The translations under genes were made by a program, and so were the position numbers. The notes under the pieces were generated by a model, which saw only the letters and a list, made by a program, of their open reading frames with translations, was not told where the DNA came from and ran no database searches. From positions 2,335 through 66,334 of the forward strand of contig JAFRCC010000001.1 in the NCBI GenBank assembly GCA_017404545.1: a stretch of 64,000 bases of DNA, given 5' to 3'. This DNA is from Clostridia bacterium. GTDB taxonomy: Bacteria > Bacillota > Clostridia > TANB77 > CAG-508. Of this stretch, positions 61,509-64,000 are shown in pieces. Each line of letters starts with the position of its first letter. Position 1 is the stretch's first letter.

Positions 61509-63008
61509 ATGAACGGAGTAAAGGAAAGAGAAGAGCAAGAGTATAAGTACAGATCAGGTAGAGACTATAATAATCAATCAAGTGATGACAAGAAGAACAA
61601 AACCATAATTGTTGTTATAGCATTAATTGCAATAATAATTGCAATTGTATTATTAAAACAATTTTTAGGAAAACCAACATTTAAATTAAACGGGGAAGCA
61701 ACTGTAGAAATTGAGTATGGTACAGAGTATAAGGATGCAGGAGCAACAGCTAAAGCTAAGTTTAGTGATATTAGTGATAAGATTATTGTTGAGAGCAATG
61801 TAGATACATCAAAAATAGGTAAATATACAGTTACATACAAAGTTCCAAACAACAACGGAAGTGATATATATACAAGAACAGTCATAGTAAAGGATACACA
61901 GGCACCGGTAGTTACTTTAACTGGTGAGGAAAATGTAGAAATAGATTTTGGAAAAGAATACGAAGAAGAAGGATTTTCAGTTCAAGATGGATATGATGGT
62001 GAAATATCTAATGACAAGGTAACAAGGGAAGAAAGAAAAACAGAAAATGGTGATATGGAAATTCACTATATAGTATCAGATTCATCATCAAACAGAGCTG
62101 ATAAAGTTAGACATATTAAAGTTGTTGATAAAACAGCACCAGAGATAAAATTGAATGGAAAAGCATTTGTAAGTCTAAAAACAAACGAAGAATTTAAGGA
62201 TGACGGTGCAACAGCAACAGATAATAAAGATGGTGATTTAACAAGTAGAATTACTAAAGAAGGTAGTGTAGATACATCTAAAGATGGAAAGTACACAATT
62301 ACATATAAAGTAAAAGATAATAATGATAATGAAGCAACTGCACAAAGAACAGTATTTGTTGGAGCAACACAAGCAACAGGAGTTATATATTTAACATTTG
62401 ATGATGGTCCAAGTGCAAATACAACTCCAAGAATACTTGATACATTAAAAGAAAAAGGTGTTAATGGTACATTTTTTATTCTTAACTATAGCGATGCAAA
62501 CGAACATTTAGTTAAAAGAACGCTTGAAGAGGGAAATGCAATTGGTATGCATGGATATACTCATGATTATAAGGTATTGTACGCTTCAGTAGATGCATGT
62601 TACCAGAATTTCAAAAAATTACAAGAAAAAATCGAAAAGACAACTGGTAAGAAGATGCTAATTGCGAGATTTCCAGGTGGTGCTTCAAACACGGTTAGTA
62701 GAAAGTATTGCAAGGGGGTTGTAACGGAAACAAGTAAAAAATTATTAGCTGACGGAATAAAGTATTTTGATTGGAACGTTGCTTCTGGAGATTCAGGTGA
62801 TGTACATACGGCAGATGCAGTATATAAGAATGTTACAAATGGAATAAAACCTGGAAGAAATAATATAGTTTTAATGCATGATTTCAGTGGAAACAATAAA
62901 ACTGCAGAAGCATTACCAAAAATCATAGACTGGGGATTAGCCAATGGATATAGATTTGAAGTTATTACACCAGATACAGAAATGATAACTCAAAAAATAC
63001 AAAATTAA
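61509..63008 (+). CDS. polysaccharide deacetylase (NodB) with N-terminal TM anchor and three Ig-like repeats
   Basis: 499-aa ORF. Repeats of the type GKYTVTYKV occur three times. The NodB motifs are LTFDDGPS and HGYTH. Confidence 0.88.
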   Translation: MNGVKEREEQEYKYRSGRDYNNQSSDDKKNKTIIVVIALIAIIIAIVLLKQFLGKPTFKLNGEATVEIEYGTEYKDAGATAKAKFSDISDKIIVESNVDTSKIGKYTVTYKVPNNNGSDIYTRTVIVKDTQAPVVTLTGEENVEIDFGKEYEEEGFSVQDGYDGEISNDKVTREERKTENGDMEIHYIVSDSSSNRADKVRHIKVVDKTAPEIKLNGKAFVSLKTNEEFKDDGATATDNKDGDLTSRITKEGSVDTSKDGKYTITYKVKDNNDNEATAQRTVFVGATQATGVIYLTFDDGPSANTTPRILDTLKEKGVNGTFFILNYSDANEHLVKRTLEEGNAIGMHGYTHDYKVLYASVDACYQNFKKLQEKIEKTTGKKMLIARFPGGASNTVSRKYCKGVVTETSKKLLADGIKYFDWNVASGDSGDVHTADAVYKNVTNGIKPGRNNIVLMHDFSGNNKTAEALPKIIDWGLANGYRFEVITPDTEMITQKIQN

Positions 63009-63156
63009 TACATAAAAGTAGTTTTATGAAATATTTTATATATTATAAAAGTAAAATATCGTAAAACTACTTTTAATAATTTTGAATAATAATCAGCACG
63101 CTAGTATTCTTTTATATAATGTTATAATTTCACATTTTATGTTTAATCTGCCTATA

Positions 63157-63183
63157 AAAGTGTTAAACAGTAACATTAATTTG
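63157..63183. repeat. 27-nt direct repeat copy 1 containing the palindrome TGTTA-N5-TAACA
   Basis: AAAAGTGTTAAACAGTAACATTAATTT. Copy 2 lies 80 nt downstream with two mismatches. Confidence 0.7.
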
Positions 63184-63236
63184 TTACTATTTAATAGTTA
63201 TGATAACAACAATCCTTTCTCTGACCTTGTTAAATA

Positions 63237-63263
63237 AAAAGTGTTAAACTATAACATTAATTT
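63237..63263. repeat. 27-nt direct repeat copy 2 containing the palindrome TGTTA-N5-TAACA
   Basis: AAAAGTGTTAAACTATAACATTAATTT. Confidence 0.7.
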
Positions 63264-63369
63264 ACAAAAAATCTTAAAAACTCTTTATTTTTGGGCATTT
63301 TTAAGATATAATGTAAGTGTAGACGTAATTTGGAAAGCTAATAGATAATAATTGGAGGTGATGTTGTAG

Positions 63370-63909
63370 ATGGAAAATAATGTCATAAAGGAAAACCAAT
63401 TAGAAGTATTGCCTAAGAATGAAATCGCAACAATAGTGGAATTAAATAATCTTCCTGTGGCAAAAGATAAAAAGGAATTGTTACCTACAATTATTAGAAA
63501 AGAAGCATTGGCTCTAGTTGAAATAAAAAAAGAATTTTATAACGTTAAGAAACAGCGCTCAATATATGGATTAGCGTGGTTCCTAAAGAAAGTAGCTGTG
63601 CTCTGCGCAAAATTGATTAGATATTTATTTTTAGGAGTAACTAGGTTAGTTAGTTTTGTAATGTTTTCTGTAATTGTGATTTTGTCTACAACAATAATAA
63701 CAAGAAATGTTGTGAATTCATTGTATGGTGTTAGAGCAACTGAAGTTGATGGTACTGGTTTTTCTATATTTAGTGTAAAAGATGATGAAGAAGCAAAAGC
63801 ACATGCAGATATGATGGAATCTAAGTCAGATGAGAGTAGAGATAATACCTCTGAGCAAATGGAAGAAAAGCAATCGGATCCAGAGGTTGATGAGACTGAA
63901 GATGAATGA
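63370..63909 (+). CDS. hypothetical membrane protein with an acidic C-terminal tail
   Basis: 179-aa ORF with upstream GGAGGTG. It has two central hydrophobic helices and a Glu/Asp-rich end. Confidence 0.6.
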   Translation: MENNVIKENQLEVLPKNEIATIVELNNLPVAKDKKELLPTIIRKEALALVEIKKEFYNVKKQRSIYGLAWFLKKVAVLCAKLIRYLFLGVTRLVSFVMFSVIVILSTTIITRNVVNSLYGVRATEVDGTGFSIFSVKDDEEAKAHADMMESKSDESRDNTSEQMEEKQSDPEVDETEDE

Positions 63910-63918
63910 GATAAAAAT

Positions 63919-63953
63919 AAAACCACTTCCTTATGAAGTGGTTTTATTTTTTT
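63919..63953. terminator. bidirectional intrinsic terminator
   Basis: AAAACCACTTC-CTTAT-GAAGTGGTTTT flanked by A-run and T-run. Confidence 0.85.
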
Positions 63954-64000
63954 AATCTAAGTTTTCTAATATTTTTGGTAACATTTGTTTCTTTCTTGAA
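63952..64000 (-). CDS. possible 3' end of a minus-strand gene running off the window
   Basis: The minus-strand frame ..SRKKQMLPKILENLD stops at 63954-63952 just before the shared terminator. It is too short to identify. Confidence 0.25.
   Translation of the reverse strand, partial: SRKKQMLPKILENLD

Noticed and set aside
1-64000. A scan for rRNA, tRNA, CRISPR repeats, IS elements with transposases, integrases and known defence genes.
   Set aside because: I saw no tRNA T-arm consensus, no regularly spaced direct repeats, no DDE, serine or tyrosine recombinase motifs, and no recognisable defence-system domains. This was a by-eye scan. tRNAscan-SE, CRISPR finders and HMM searches should confirm it.

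Overview
This is a 64-kb chromosomal segment from a very AT-rich, apparently spore-forming Firmicute (Clostridia-like; gpr and a DUF1540 gene are present). I cannot name the species from the sequence alone. It holds about 60 protein genes, nearly all on the + strand and mostly housekeeping. In order: a redox/detox cluster (four flavodoxin-like genes, cupin, aldo-keto reductase), a large orphan protein, rex-adhE, a kinase-like gene, M32 carboxypeptidase, maf, a CDF transporter, a HAD hydrolase, yqeK-cdd, and a uracil permease/upp single ORF. Then murB-yvcK, a glycogen-debranching-type glucosidase, holA, gpr, an ABC-2 exporter, SprT-like, and a DtxR-family regulator followed by sufCBDSU-mnmA. 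Then cysS, class I aldolase, smpB, acyl-CoA ligase, rdgB, an orphan rusA next to a decayed membrane gene, a methyltransferase, Nudix, a bPH_2 protein, and an ABC-F ATPase preceded by a leader-peptide attenuator. Finally desulfoferrodoxin, a PPP phosphatase, ATP-grasp, ruvA (no ruvB), a class A PBP, DUF1189, ftsH and a polysaccharide deacetylase. I found no rRNA, tRNA, CRISPR array, transposase, integrase or recognisable defence gene. The main anomaly is a set of short blocks, GC-richer by eye, embedded in the AT-rich backbone. Two look like RNA or structure elements (3522-3676 and 18177-18374). The second sits where the 5' end of the uracil permease gene should be. Three are self-contained mini-cassettes, each with a near-consensus sigma-A promoter, a structured 5' UTR, an unrecognisable small ORF and a strong terminator (16372-17107, 20281-20731, and 32441-32744 antisense inside the suf operon). 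A sixth promoter-to-terminator unit on the minus strand (38097-38342) appears to encode only a small RNA with a 5-codon micro-ORF. All functional assignments come from motif recognition by eye. No database search, folding or composition calculation was run.
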